This document shows, piece by piece, positions 35,550 through 48,574 of a stretch of DNA of 64,000 nucleotides. Positions within the stretch are counted from its first letter, which is position 1, and each line of letters begins with the position of its first letter. The notes under the pieces were generated by a model. The model saw only the letters and a program-made list of their open reading frames with translations. It did not search any database and was not told the origin of the DNA. Source of the stretch: Heterodontus francisci (taxonomy: Eukaryota); assembly GCF_036365525.1 (NCBI RefSeq), contig NC_090399.1:20160529-20224528 (forward strand), written 5' to 3'. A program made the position numbers and the translations under genes.

Positions 35550-38500
35550 TTTAGATGACAAAGCACACAGGCTGAAGTGTGTCACATACACACAGAGTAA
35601 CACACAGGCTGGAATGAGTCACAAATGCAAAGTAACACCACAGGCTGGAGTCAGTCTCTCTCTCACTCACAGAGTAACACACAGGCTGGGGTTTGTCACA
35701 TACACAGAGTAACACACAGGCTGGAGTATGTCACATACACAGAGTAACACACAGGCTGGGGTATGTCACATACACAGAGGAACACACAGGCTGGAATGAG
35801 TCACAAATGCAAAGTAACACACAGGCTGGAGTCAGTCTCACTCACACACACACACACAGAAACACACAGGCTGGAGTCAGTCTCCCGCACACACACACAC
35901 ACACACACACACAGAAACACACATGCTAGAGTGGGTCACACACACAGGGAATGTATTCATCTTGTGGATTTTCTGACAGTGGAATTGGATTTGGGCGGCA
36001 CTTCCGCTCCCTCGTTTTTTGCCTGTTGCCACCCGATTACAAGTGGAAATCAAAGTTTCAGCAGCGGGCATGGGAGATACATGCGATCATGTGGTGTGGA
36101 ATACTTTTCATGGTGGAGCCTGCTGTCATTCAGGGAAGCATTATGCATGGCATTGTTATAAATAATCCTTCAGTGCAATCAGGGAGGCTCATCAACGAGG
36201 CCAGTCTTTTTCAGAGACTTCTGGGCTTTTCCCCTTAAATCTTACCCACCCTCACCCATCTTTACACCTGTCGCAAACAAAGGCTATGGACCCTGGCAAC
36301 ATTACGGCAAGAGCACTGAGGACCTGTGCTCCAGAACTTGCCGCGCCCCCAGACAAGCAGATTTGTGATGGTGCGGGGGTGCGTGGAGGGGTGGGGTGGG
36401 TGTGGGTGGGGGGGGGAATAGTAACCGCAGTGAGACAGGGACACCAGCAGATGGAGATGCTGAGCCATTGCTGATGGGAAGGTTTGGTGTTACTGAGAGT
36501 TTGACAGTTTCCAAACACAGAGTAACACGCTGGCTGGAGTGTGTCACAGGCACAGAGTAACACACTGGTTGGAGTGTGTCACACGCACACACAGAATAAC
36601 ACACTGGCTGAAGTGTGTCACACACACACAGAGTAACACACTGGTTGGAGTGTGTCACACGCACACACAGAATAACACACTGGCTGAAGTGTGTCACACA
36701 CACACAGAATAACACACTGGCTGGAGTGTGTACACACACAGAGTAACTTACTGGCTGGAGTGTGTCACACACAAACACACAGAATAACACACTGGCTGGA
36801 GTGCGTCACACACACAGAATAACACACTGGCTGGAGTGTGTACACACACAGAGCAACACACAGGCTGGTGTACGTCAAGAATATCAATGTGCTACCAAGA
36901 AACAACTGAAGACACTGGATGCTGCAAAGGCAATGGGCCGTGACAATGTTCCGGCAATAGTACTGAAGACCAGTACCTGATATGAAATGTGACCCGTGGT
37001 AAGATGGAATTTCTTCTGGAAATCGGTTTTGCAGCATGCATTTCCTGGAATATTTCCAGAATGTGTTGTGACAAGGTCCCAGGCTCATAAGGTTAAACAA
37101 GATGAGATGGATTCAGATGTTTTCGAGGACAATTCCGATGTTTGGTTGGCTGAAATATTTTTCAGGGATTTGGATGAGGACATTGGTGTTAAAGGCTCCA
37201 AGGTTAACAATGGGGAATTGTTTAGCAGATCTCCCGTGATTTTGGGACACAACAGGCAGATCCTGATTTTAGGAGCTTGTCTCAGGCGACCTGTTTTGAG
37301 CCACAGACTGAAAAGTTTTATTAGTGTTATTACGTCAAGAAAGATGAGGAAGTGGAGACCTCTCCGCTGATGAGGATTGGGCTGTAATCCATCAAATGGT
37401 TGTCCCTCCTTGCTATCATAGTGTAATTTAGAGAATTGCCAATGAAATCCCAGTCACAGGTCATTTGTGTTTTCCAAAAACTCAGGTTAGGGTAATGACA
37501 TATTGTTACTAGCAAAGCTGCATCAGGATGTGGTTCACTATTGTAAGACATGCCACACATGTCAAATGGTTGGGATCCACAGCCTATATCTTTACCTTTG
37601 CCACCTATCTCAATAAAAGCAGATTTCCTTTCATTATCAAAAGTCTTTTCTTTCCAATTTCTCTGAAAGTTTCCAAATTGAGGCCTGTGACAACTGCTTT
37701 GTGAATCAATTCATAATCATGTGCTACTACTGCGGCTTCCTTTATTTTACAAACTTCATTTTTTAAAATTTGTTTGTGGGATGTGGGCGTTGCTGGCTAG
37801 GCCAGCATTTATTGCCCATCCCTAAATGCCTTTGAACTGAGTGGCTTGCGAGGCCATTTCAAAATGCTTTTTTGTGTCTGGAGTCACATGGAGGTCAGAC
37901 CACGTAAGGATGGCAGATTTCCTTCCGAAAAGGACATTAGTTAAACAGATGGGTTTTTATAACAACTGACAAAGATTTCATGGTCACCATTAAACTAGCT
38001 TTTTAATTCCAGAATTGTGAAGAAAATTCAAACTTCACCTTCACCTATGGTGGGATTCGATCCCATCTCCCCAGATCTTTAGTTTGTGCTCTGGAATACT
38101 AGTTTAATGACATTAACACTCTGCCGCGACCTCCCCCATGTTGTTTCATTTGGAAACTTATTCCTGAACGAATAATATGTTTCAAATCTTCCATCAGAAT
38201 TACTTCCCTCAGGCTCTCAAAGTCTTGTGCAATCTTTATTGACCTACACCACCTATCAAATTCAATCGTGTCTTTCTAAAGGAAATAGGATAAATACTTG
38301 AAGGGAAAAGAAATGCGAGTAGACGGGGAAAGGACCGGATGTGGGACTAGATAAATTGCTCTTGCAGAGAGTAGGCACGGGCATGATGGGCCGAATCACC
38401 TCCTTCACGAGGAGTGACAGCGCCCATTAAGGCCCTATCACTCACTAATCGAGGAAGAGGTCTTGCAAATAAAGATGAGTGTTGAGGCTGGAGGACACAT

Positions 38501-40468
38501 CCTGCAGGTTTCTTGTCTAATTAACAGTGTGCCCGTTCTGAACGAAATCTCACACTGACACACAATGCATAGCAAAATTCAGCTGCTTTCAGCTGACGCT
38601 CATCAGTCTTTGCTTGACCTCAGTCCTAAATACTAATTCTTGACCTTCTGTTCTATTTCAGGGCAATGGAATGTGCCCAGAACCTGAGGTGTGGGAAATG
38701 GGTTGCACTTGTGATCATGCAGAAGCACCCACGCTTACTTCCGCAAGCATCAGCTCAGAGACTTGCATTGCCAGTACTTTAGTTGGTATGCAAGATGGTT
38801 ATGGACTGTTCGACTCAAGGAGCACCAGAGAATGGAAAATGGGTAGCGGGATTGGATGGTTAGTAAGGGGCTTTCTGTAGGAAGAGCTAACATCTTAAAG
38901 AGCACAGCTGAAGATTTCGAGGACACAGTCAACATTCAAAAACTGATTCCTATTTACCAGGGCTATTTCAGTGCTTTGGGCAGCCTGCCTGCGATTCGAC
39001 ACACAATGACAGAGAGCATGGAAAAATCCAGCTCCAGCTATTGGTGGGCGGGGTGTGGGGGTGGGGGGCGCGAGAGGGGGAGGCGTGTGTGTTTGTGAGG
39101 GGTGGGGTGGGCGTGTGAATGGATCATTCAGAACGGTTTTAACACCTTAATGTCGAGAATGGAGTGAGACAATTGAAGTCAACGGAACTGAGTATTGGAT
39201 GGTGCGCATAAAGGGCAGTCGATTCCATGCCACCCACATTGCTTTCATGCCGAAGGCGAACTATTATCCTGTCGATACATAGACTGCTTTAGGAAAATAG
39301 CAGATCCACCTTGTATTCCTGCTGATTTATATTATTCCTTTTTAGTAATGCATCAAAGACAGCCTGCGCTACAGTTAAACTGCTTCTTACAATACAGACA
39401 TCAACAACGACCTGCGGGGCACAAACCAGGCAGAACCACTTTTGCTGCCTTTTCTTCCAGATGCCGCTATTCAGTGCTATTGAAGTCAAGTAGATTGAAT
39501 ATCGGTAGGGGCGTGTAACAAGCCACCAATGCAATGCCACCTGCTTTGTCAATATCCACCCCCGTGTACTTGTATGGCATGTTTAATGCAGAAAACCATC
39601 CCAAAGCACTTCAGAGAGGCCGAATCAAATACTAATAGTTATTGAACCAAGAGTAATTCTGAGAATAGGATTGGTCAAAAAGGTGAGTGTCAGGGACTGT
39701 CTTGAAGGAGTTGAGGGATAGTAAGGTGGAGCGGTTTAGAGCAGCAATTCCACAGAGCGGGTGTCTGTGGCTCCAGGTTTGACAGCAAGAGGGGATCGAG
39801 TCTTTGCTGAAGATGTCGTAATTGAAGAGGGAGGACAGTTGGGATGTTAGGCATGGAGCAGGTCAAAGGGATAGAAAGAGAGAATAGGCTGAAGATCAGG
39901 GAGGGTGGCTAATCGGAACCTGGACAGTAATAATCGGCGTAGCTTTGACGTTAGACCATTGTGTCAAACCTGTGGTACGGACTGCACCACTCGGGAAGAA
40001 GCTCTCCTGATTTTTATTTCCAACAAAGTCAAAATTACCCCACTTAGCTCTGCTGGCGTCAAAGGCATGAACCAGGGTTTGAACGTCTGATGCATTGACG
40101 AAAAGCTAGAGTTCGACAACATTAAGACAGTGAAACTTGTCGGTCTATATTCACTTCTCGGTTCAACCTAAACACAATGTCCCATTAACGCTGAGCTGCT
40201 GTGATCAAAATGCAGCAACGGAGCAAGAGTCTCAGAGGCGAGGATTTTTTCAGTCTGAGATTGCACACTGTTTTTAACTCTCTGGGGATCGGGGAGTTCA
40301 CGTTAATTGCTGGTTTATGAAGAGATGTAGTAACTTGTTTGTTTGAAAGCATCTAGCTAATGACACCGGTTCTGTGACCTCACTCTCTCACTGGACGATT
40401 GGCTCGTGTACAAATGAGGTTGTTTCAGTGCATTGCCTCGCATCTACCGCTCCTGGTTTTCGAAGAAA

Positions 40469-40532
40469 ATGGGACGACAGGCACTTCCGATAGAAATGTT
40501 GTATCCTATTCTCGCAGTTATTGGCATTCCTG
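40469..40532 (+). CDS. GPR139/GPR142-like GPCR copy 3, coding exon 1
   Basis: Identical to copy 1 exon 1; donor gtaagt at 40533. Confidence 0.9.
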
Positions 40533-42595
40533 GTAAGTAATTCGAAACTATCCTGAAAAATTTAGTGCACCATTGCTAAACTGCATTATTATTTTCCCTG
40601 TGTGTTTTTGTTATTGTCGTTGTTGTCTTTGTGGCGGCATTGGCCAGGTGGAAAGGACGATCAATAGAATGCTCGCCCATTGATGAGCTCGTCCGATTTT
40701 GGTCCCCTTTGATGTTTATGTTAATGGCTCAGTCCTGTTCTGTACCACTGGGCGGGCAGTCAATCCCTCCGCATAACAAAGTGAAAATGGACCCTGTGTC
40801 ATTTGGACTGAGCTGTGGCTCTGTCGGTCGCAATCTCTGCTTTGAGTCGGATAATCTTGCGTTTCCCTCCCATTTCAGTGAGTTGAGTTCATACTGTAAG
40901 CTGCCATTTCGGTGCAATATTGATGAAGTGATGCTATATTGTCGAATCATAGAATGGTTACAGCACAGAAGGAAACCATTCATCACGTCGTGTCCATGCC
41001 AGTTCTCAGGGAGTGCAGCACAGCTCGTCCCATTCCCTAGTCTTTCCCCCTGAGCCCAGCATTTCTCACTTCAGATAAATATTCTATTCCCTTTTGAAAG
41101 CCACAATTCAATCTGCCTTCACCACACTCTCAGGCAGTGGATGCCAGATCCGAACCATTCACTGCGGAAGATAACTTTTCCTCCCCTTTGATTCTTTCAC
41201 CAAACGCCTTAAATCGGTGTCCTCTGATTCTCGACCCTCCCGCCAATGGGAACTTTTTCTCTCTATCTATTCTGTCCTGTCCCCCTCATGATTTTGAATA
41301 TCTCTATCAAATCTCCTCTCAATTATCTCTTCTTTAAGCAGAATAGTCCCAACAGAACAGTAAATGAAGTCCCTCATCCCCAGAACCATTTTGTAAATAT
41401 TTTCTGCACGCTCTTCAATGCTTTCACGTCCTTCCTAAAGTGTGGTGCCCAGAATTGTATAGAATACTCCAGCTGAGGCCGAGCCAGTGTTTTATAATGG
41501 CCCGACATTAACTTCCTTGCTTTTCTACCCTATGCTGCGATCTATAAAGCCCAGGATCCGTAATCCTTATTAACCAATTTCTCAACCTGACCTGTCACCT
41601 TCAACGATTTGTGCTCATACACCCGTCCCCCACATCCCCGCCAGTACCCTCTGCTCCTGCACCTTCTTTAGAATTGTTTATCCATTATTTTATATTTCCT
41701 TTCCTCATTCTTAAAATCATCTTTTTATGAGACGTTAAAAAGTAACTGATTTAATTTTAATAAAAATGCAGTACTGGTTCAGCTGGATACAATCGTCATA
41801 CTGCTAAATGTTGAATTAAATCTCGAACTATTCACGTATGGGGTAATTTTCACTTTGTATTAACATCAATGTGCTAGAAAGACGGAAGGGCTGTAAAATA
41901 CGGGGCCCATTTGATATCAATTGCTTTTGTTTTTTTTTGCACGGCAATGAAAGTTAAAAATGTTCCCAAGGTTTCTATTTGCATTGAAAGGGAGATAAAA
42001 CAGCATTAATCAGTAATAGGCAAGGAATGTTTATACGTTTTAACCTCATCGAACCGTAAAAAACTGATTGCATTGGATGAAACTCTGATTTTACCTGTCG
42101 CCCGATTTTCTTCTCTATTGAAGTCACTGTGAACAACATTGGGCGGAACGAGCATCCCATAGAATCCGTCAGCATCCGGCCCAGCAAGTTACTTCCAAAT
42201 GGCTCCCATTAATGTTTTCATATTAGAATATCTTGAAGTTACCGCAGGGAAAAAATGTCTGGCAAGAAGATGGGGAAGTTTGCAGCAGCTGCTATGTGAC
42301 AATTTATTCCAATCCAGGTTAACTATTAGCTATATTGTGCAATGGGTAATATTGAATTCTCCGCCCCTTGTACATTCAGCCTGTTACTCTCTTCCAATGA
42401 CTTCCATGGAAAAAAACTGGATGGCCAATTAGATACCGCTATTTGACCCGGTCACACATGGCTAAAATTACCCCCGGTTCCTCCACCCCACAACTCCCAG
42501 CCTTATGATGCTGAACACCAGATTTCCAACTTGCTGTCAGTGTACATCTCTGTTGAATTTTTCTGTTAAATTTCCTGTTTTTGCATTTCTCCTAG

Positions 42596-43494
42596 CAAAC
42601 CTGCTGTCATTTCTGGTTCTTTTCCAAAGGAAATGCGGTCTTTCCAAAGGAATCACTCATTATATGATGGCCATGGCCGTGGGAGACCTCATGGTCCTTA
42701 TCTTTAATGTTATTGTGAGCCAAATCATCAAGTATCATTTTCCAGATTCATTGCTGAACTACACATCCACGTGTCGTTTTACTGTCTTCATGCAAGGGTT
42801 TAGCATTCAGCTCTCTATCTGGTTCACAATGTCGTTCACCTTTGACCGTTTTGTCGCAATTTGTTGCCAGAAATTGAAATCAAGATATTGCACCGAAAGG
42901 ACAGCCACCATGGTTGTAACGGCCATGTGTGTGCTCAACATTTTGATCAATATTCCCATGCCTTTCCGCTATGAGCCCGATTATATTCTCAACAATATAC
43001 AGTGGGGCTGCCGCACCATCACAGGATATTTTACTTCACCCGCATGGAAGGTTCACCAATGGATTACCAATCTCTCAAGTACATTACTTCCAATTCCTTT
43101 GCTGCTGCTGTTGAACTCTCTCACCGTCAGGCACATCTTATTAGCCAGTAGAGCTCGCAAAGCCCTGAAGAGCAACAACAATGGAAAAACCGGCAGTGAT
43201 CCCGAGATGAAGAACAGAAGAACATCCATCATTCTACTCTTTGCTATCTCGGGCACTTTTATTGTGTTGTCGGCCCCTATTACCGTAATACACATCTGTG
43301 TCGGTGTCACACAGACACTCGATTTCCAAGGTTCAAACTCACTTTATTTGGCAATTAGAATCACATTTCTGTTGATGTGCACCAGCTCCTGTACAAACAC
43401 TTGTATTTATGCACTGACACAGAGGAGATTCAGAGCGGAGATCAAAAATATGGTGAAATATCCGTATTATCTCATTGTTAAATTATTTAAATAA
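42596..43494 (+). CDS. GPR139/GPR142-like GPCR copy 3 (type A), coding exon 2; spliced gene 40469-43494, 320 aa
   Basis: Acceptor ctag with AG at 42594-42595; protein differs from copy 1 only by D versus E in TM2. Confidence 0.95.
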
Positions 43495-46400
43495 TTGTTG
43501 AATAAAGTAAGTGATATCAAACTTCAATTAATTGCCTGGCATTTTCTTTGCAACTTTGCACAATGTCTTTTAAAGTTCTAAGGGCAACACAACCCACAGT
43601 TTGGAAGAGTCCACTTGATTTATAAATTCCACTAAGAATTTGAATAAGTTGAGGAGGCAGAATCATCCCCTTCAGAATCTCTGGTTACGGTTGTTTATCC
43701 GGTTATTAATGTCCACGCACTTGGAATGCCGAATTGGAGGATGATGTGACATAGCAGAGCACCTTGACAGGTTCAAATAATAAAGATCTTTCAACACACT
43801 GACATCCGAATTTGGAGCAGGAGGAGGCCTGTCATTCCTTCGAGCCTGCTCCGCCATTTGATAAGATCATGGCAGATCTGGTTATGGCCTCAAATTTCCT
43901 GTCTACCTGATGTAACGCTGACTCCCTTATCAATCAGGATTCTATCTAAAACAGCACCTCAAGAGTCAGATCACCATGAAATACAATGGGATATTGTGTT
44001 TGATGGCAGGTGTTATGGAATATAAATATAGAGATTTAGTGGTGAATCTCTCCCAGACTTTTGTGAGACCAAACCCGCAGTATTTTGTGCTCTTTTGGAC
44101 TCAACACTGTTGGCCAATTTGGACGTAATAGTGAGGACACAGCGTAGTAAACTCACTAGCATGATGTCGGACATGAATAAATCCAAATATGAAAAATGAG
44201 TTCGTTCTCAATCAGAAGAGAAGAGATTTCAGGCTGAATTAATAGAGATAGTTGCAGTAATGAAAGCCTGGAGCAGAATAGATAGATGCAACGATTGATG
44301 GGTCTATCAGCAGTGAACATAGATCTTGAGAGTAAATGAAAGAGATTTAGGACAGAGAACAGAAGAAACTTTGTGATACCTAGAATTGTGAAGCTGTGAC
44401 TTGGATTTTTGGAGTTATTGATTGAAGCAGAGACTGTGACAACTTTAACGGGTTTGATATGATGTTTAAAGACCAATGAATAAAGTAATATTGGAGCAGT
44501 GCGACCAGATATGATTAAAACTATTGCTTATGTAGATGACAAATACAGACATGGGTTGATCTGCCCCAACGACCTGCTTTCGTGTTGCAATTTCTATGAA
44601 ATTCATTTTTTCGTGTGGTAATTGATTTGTTTTCTTCTGCTGGCAAGACTTCATGTTTGGCCAATTCCTTGCAGCCCTGAGGATGTGATGGCCAGCCTTC
44701 AATTTTACCTGCTGCTCTCCTTCTGATGGTGCAGCAGCGATGATGCCAGGAAGGGAATCCCAGGATACAGATACAGCGACCATGAACAAATTGTGACATA
44801 TGTCTAAGCAAGAATGGTATGTGACTTACAAATGATGATGTTCCAATGACATTTTGTCCCTGTGTTTCTCGGTGGGAGAGGTTACAGGTGAGGAAGGTCC
44901 TGTCGAATTAAACTTGATGGCTTGCTGCAGTGCATCCGATAAACTGTATTTTCAGGAACCATTGTGTGTCAGCTGCAGAGGGAAGGACACTGAGCTCAGG
45001 GACATGGGCACTGATGAAGGGAACTGCTCTGTCCCGTATGAGATCGAGCTTCTTGAGTTGTATAGTTCCTGCACCCATCCTGTCGATTGGTCTATATTCC
45101 CTCACACACCTGACATGTGGCCTTTACTTGATGTTGAGGATTTGGAACGGGATCGGGGTGAAGGGAGAGGTGCGAGCGGATGTGTGCCACTCTGAGACGC
45201 TGTGGTACTGATAGTTAGCGGGTAAAACAATATCAAATTGATGCAGTACGTATTGCTCTTCTGAGATTTCAACCGAAGAAATGGGTTGCAGCAAAGTAGA
45301 GGAAGTTTCTTCAGTCTCCATTTAAGCTGTGCTCCAGCTGACCTCAGCGTGTCTCCACGCAAAACTGTGAAAATTCTTGGCAATGCTTACAAGCTCAATC
45401 AGGCTGATCATGTAAGACATTCTATTCTCTCACTAATAGTGAATCTTTTACAAAGGCAATGAATAAAACGAATCTGGTGGCTACCTTAACACGGTGCAGG
45501 GTTGGCACCCCAACGTTCTCCCGACGTCGGGTTCCCGACCCCCAGAAGGAAAATCCTTTTCACCAAAAGGAGGCACGGTTGACTTGGCAACAAGTCCACT
45601 GTCACACTGAGGCCCTGTCACTAACTGAAAAACGACAGGTGGGAAACCTTCCAGCGCTCTCGACAAGTCTTTTCTTTTCCCCTTGCAGAACCTGCGTTTC
45701 CAGTTTTTTTTTTTAACTTTCTGTCGTTTGGAAATCCCACAGACGATGTTCGAATCTTCATTCTCAATATGGATGGGATAACCAGCGGGATTCCTGCAGA
45801 AATAATTTCCCTATCCCTCTCCACGTTATGGCAGGAGATGGGGAGAACCCACCCACAACCACATCCTCTCCCACCCATTGGAAATTCCATCCCTCAAAAA
45901 TATTTCTTCTGGCAGAATATTTCGGAGCTGTGTCATATTGTTCTTGTATTTGACAGAGAGTTGGACCTTGTGATTGAGAAACTGCAGATATGTTTCAGGC
46001 CGTTGACCCAATATAAATGGCCTCCTTCATTTTGCAGCACATCTCATGACCTTGGGTTTCTACTTGCTTTTGGCTTGACCAAATGTTCTCGTTTCGCCCT
46101 CGTTCCTGCTCTCGAGCAGTGGCTTTTACTGAATTTTCTTTTCTTCACATAACTCAGATATGACATGATCACCCATTTTGCAGCATTATCCAAATTTAAA
46201 ATTGCACCGCCACCACCGCACAACTCCCCTCATCCCTCGCTCAGTTCCAATCCTAGCAGAAACCATTCTGTCCTTTTTCAGCGTGGTAGCATTCTTGCCT
46301 CCTCGTCAGAACGTCACCAGAGACTTAAATGCACAATCTAGGCTGCCGCTCCAGTGAGGGAGTGCTGCACTGTCGTAGGTGCTATCTTGTGGATGAGACA

Positions 46401-48574
46401 TTAAACCAAGGCCCTGCCTGCCCTCTCAGGTGGACGGAAAAGACGCTGTGTCACTATTTTAAGGACTTCACCCCTTCCTCGGCTCTTCGGCTGCTGAAAC
46501 CCTCATCCAGGACTTTGTTACCTCTAGACTTGACTATTCCAATGTTCTTATGACCAGTCTTCCACATTCTTCCCTCATAAATTTGAGGGCATCCGAAACC
46601 TTGCTCCCCACGTCTGAACTCACACCAAGTCCTGTTCACCAACACCCCTGTGTTTGCTGACTCATTTTGGCTATCAGTTTAGTAATAAATTGATTTTAAA
46701 ATTCCCATCCTTGTTTTCAAATGCCACCATGGTCTCACCCCTCCCTATCTCTGTAATCTCCTACAGCCCCACAACCCTCTGGGATATCTACACTGCCCGA
46801 CCTGAACCCGATGGGACCTGACATGTGTCTGGTCACTCTTCTGGGCCCGTTTTTCGGGATTATGTCGGGTCTGAGTCAGACACACACAGTATTAATTGGA
46901 CTTGAAAGGTTGTTTAAAAGGATTAAGATTGGAGCCATGAAGTCAGTGATTGTTTGGTCACAAGGTAAACAGAAACCCATGGAGTTGTGCCCATTCAGGT
47001 TGTGCCACGCTGTACCAGTATCCGCATTGCTTAAAATAAAGACCTCAATTGCCCGAAGGCTCAGAAAATATCATTATACATTAACTAGACTCCTGCTTTA
47101 CAGGTCGAAATACTTGCTGTAAGTTTATCCAGTGAGCAGCTGAGATGCCGAGACCAGGAAGGTCCTGAGTGATTAATTATTATTACAGTACTGTACTGTA
47201 TGTGTGGTAGAATGGAGTCCTGGCAGTGATCATTTTATATTTTTTTATATAAATACTGTATATTTTATAATAATTAATCTCTCAGGACCTTCCTGGTCTC
47301 TGCATCTCAGCTGCTCACTGGATAAACTTGCAGCAAGTATTTCAACTGAAAAAGTGAAAAACAGATTCGGAGTTGGAAGGTAGGTAAAGTGAACATTCCG
47401 TTGGTCGGGTTGGGTCGGACTCGGGTCGGGTTGGGCATGGGAAAAAATGGAAGGACTCAGACCAGGTTGGGCTCGGGTATGATGTGGTTCTGTTGTTTTT
47501 TTTTTCAGACCCGAGCAGGCCTTTCATCTACGCTTCTCTGATTCTGGCCTCGTGAGCTCCAACATTGGTGGCTGTGACTTCAGGTGCCTAGCCCCAAGCT
47601 CTGGAATTCCCTCACTCAACCTCTCCACTTCTCTCTCCTCCTTAAAGAAATTCATTAAAAACCTACCACTCTGACCAAGCTTTAGGTCATCAGCTATAAT
47701 ATCATCTTATGTCACTTGGTCAAAGTTTGCTTATAATGCTCTTGTGAAGTGCCTTGTGATGTTATATTACATTAAAGGTGCAATATAAATGCAAGTTGTT
47801 TTTGTTGTTGTTGAAGAAGACTTGGGGTGTTCTCCCCAACTTCACTAAAACAGTTGATCTAGTCATTTATCTCATTGCTGTTTGTGGGAGTTTGCTGCTG
47901 TGTGTAAACTGGATGCTGCATTGTCTACATTTCAAGAGTGACTGCATTTCAAAAAGGAGTCGAATTGGCTGTGATGCACTTTTGGATGTCCTGGGGTGGT
48001 GAAAGCTGATTTATAAATGGAAATCTTTCAGGTCTTGCTTTACTGAAGACCAGCCTGGTCTGAAATGCTCAGGAAGATGACTGTGCACACAAACGAACAA
48101 TTCAAAGGTCAGGTGCATCAGAAGGGAAAAACTCAGGTAGCACAGACACTGAGAGGTATATGAAGCAGGAAAGCAAATTTGAATCAAAACAAGGGAAAGT
48201 GTATTAGCACACTTCCAAATAGAAATAATCAGAATAAGTATAGACAATCAAAACTGTTAGGAATCAATTCACAGAAGTCATCCAAATACTTGGTTCAATT
48301 ACAGGCATCACACATGCACACTCACACACACTCACACATAGAGTAACACACACAGGTTGGAGTGTGTCACAAAGAGTAACACACGGGGCGGAGTGAGTCT
48401 CTCACACACACAGATTAACACAAAGGCTGGACTGTGTCAAACACACACAGAGTAACACAAAGGCTGGAGTGTGTCACACAACATGACACGCAGGTTGGAA
48501 TTTTCAAACACACTTAGCAACATACAGGAAGGGTCAGGCACACAAACAGAGTAACACATAGGCTGGGGTCAGTC

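Larger units (their letters stand above)
21335..36859 (+). repeat. Tandem segmental duplication unit 2 (15.5 kb; carries a 1115-bp deletion)
   Basis: Colinear with unit 1; deletion junction at 22360-22363. Confidence 0.93.
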
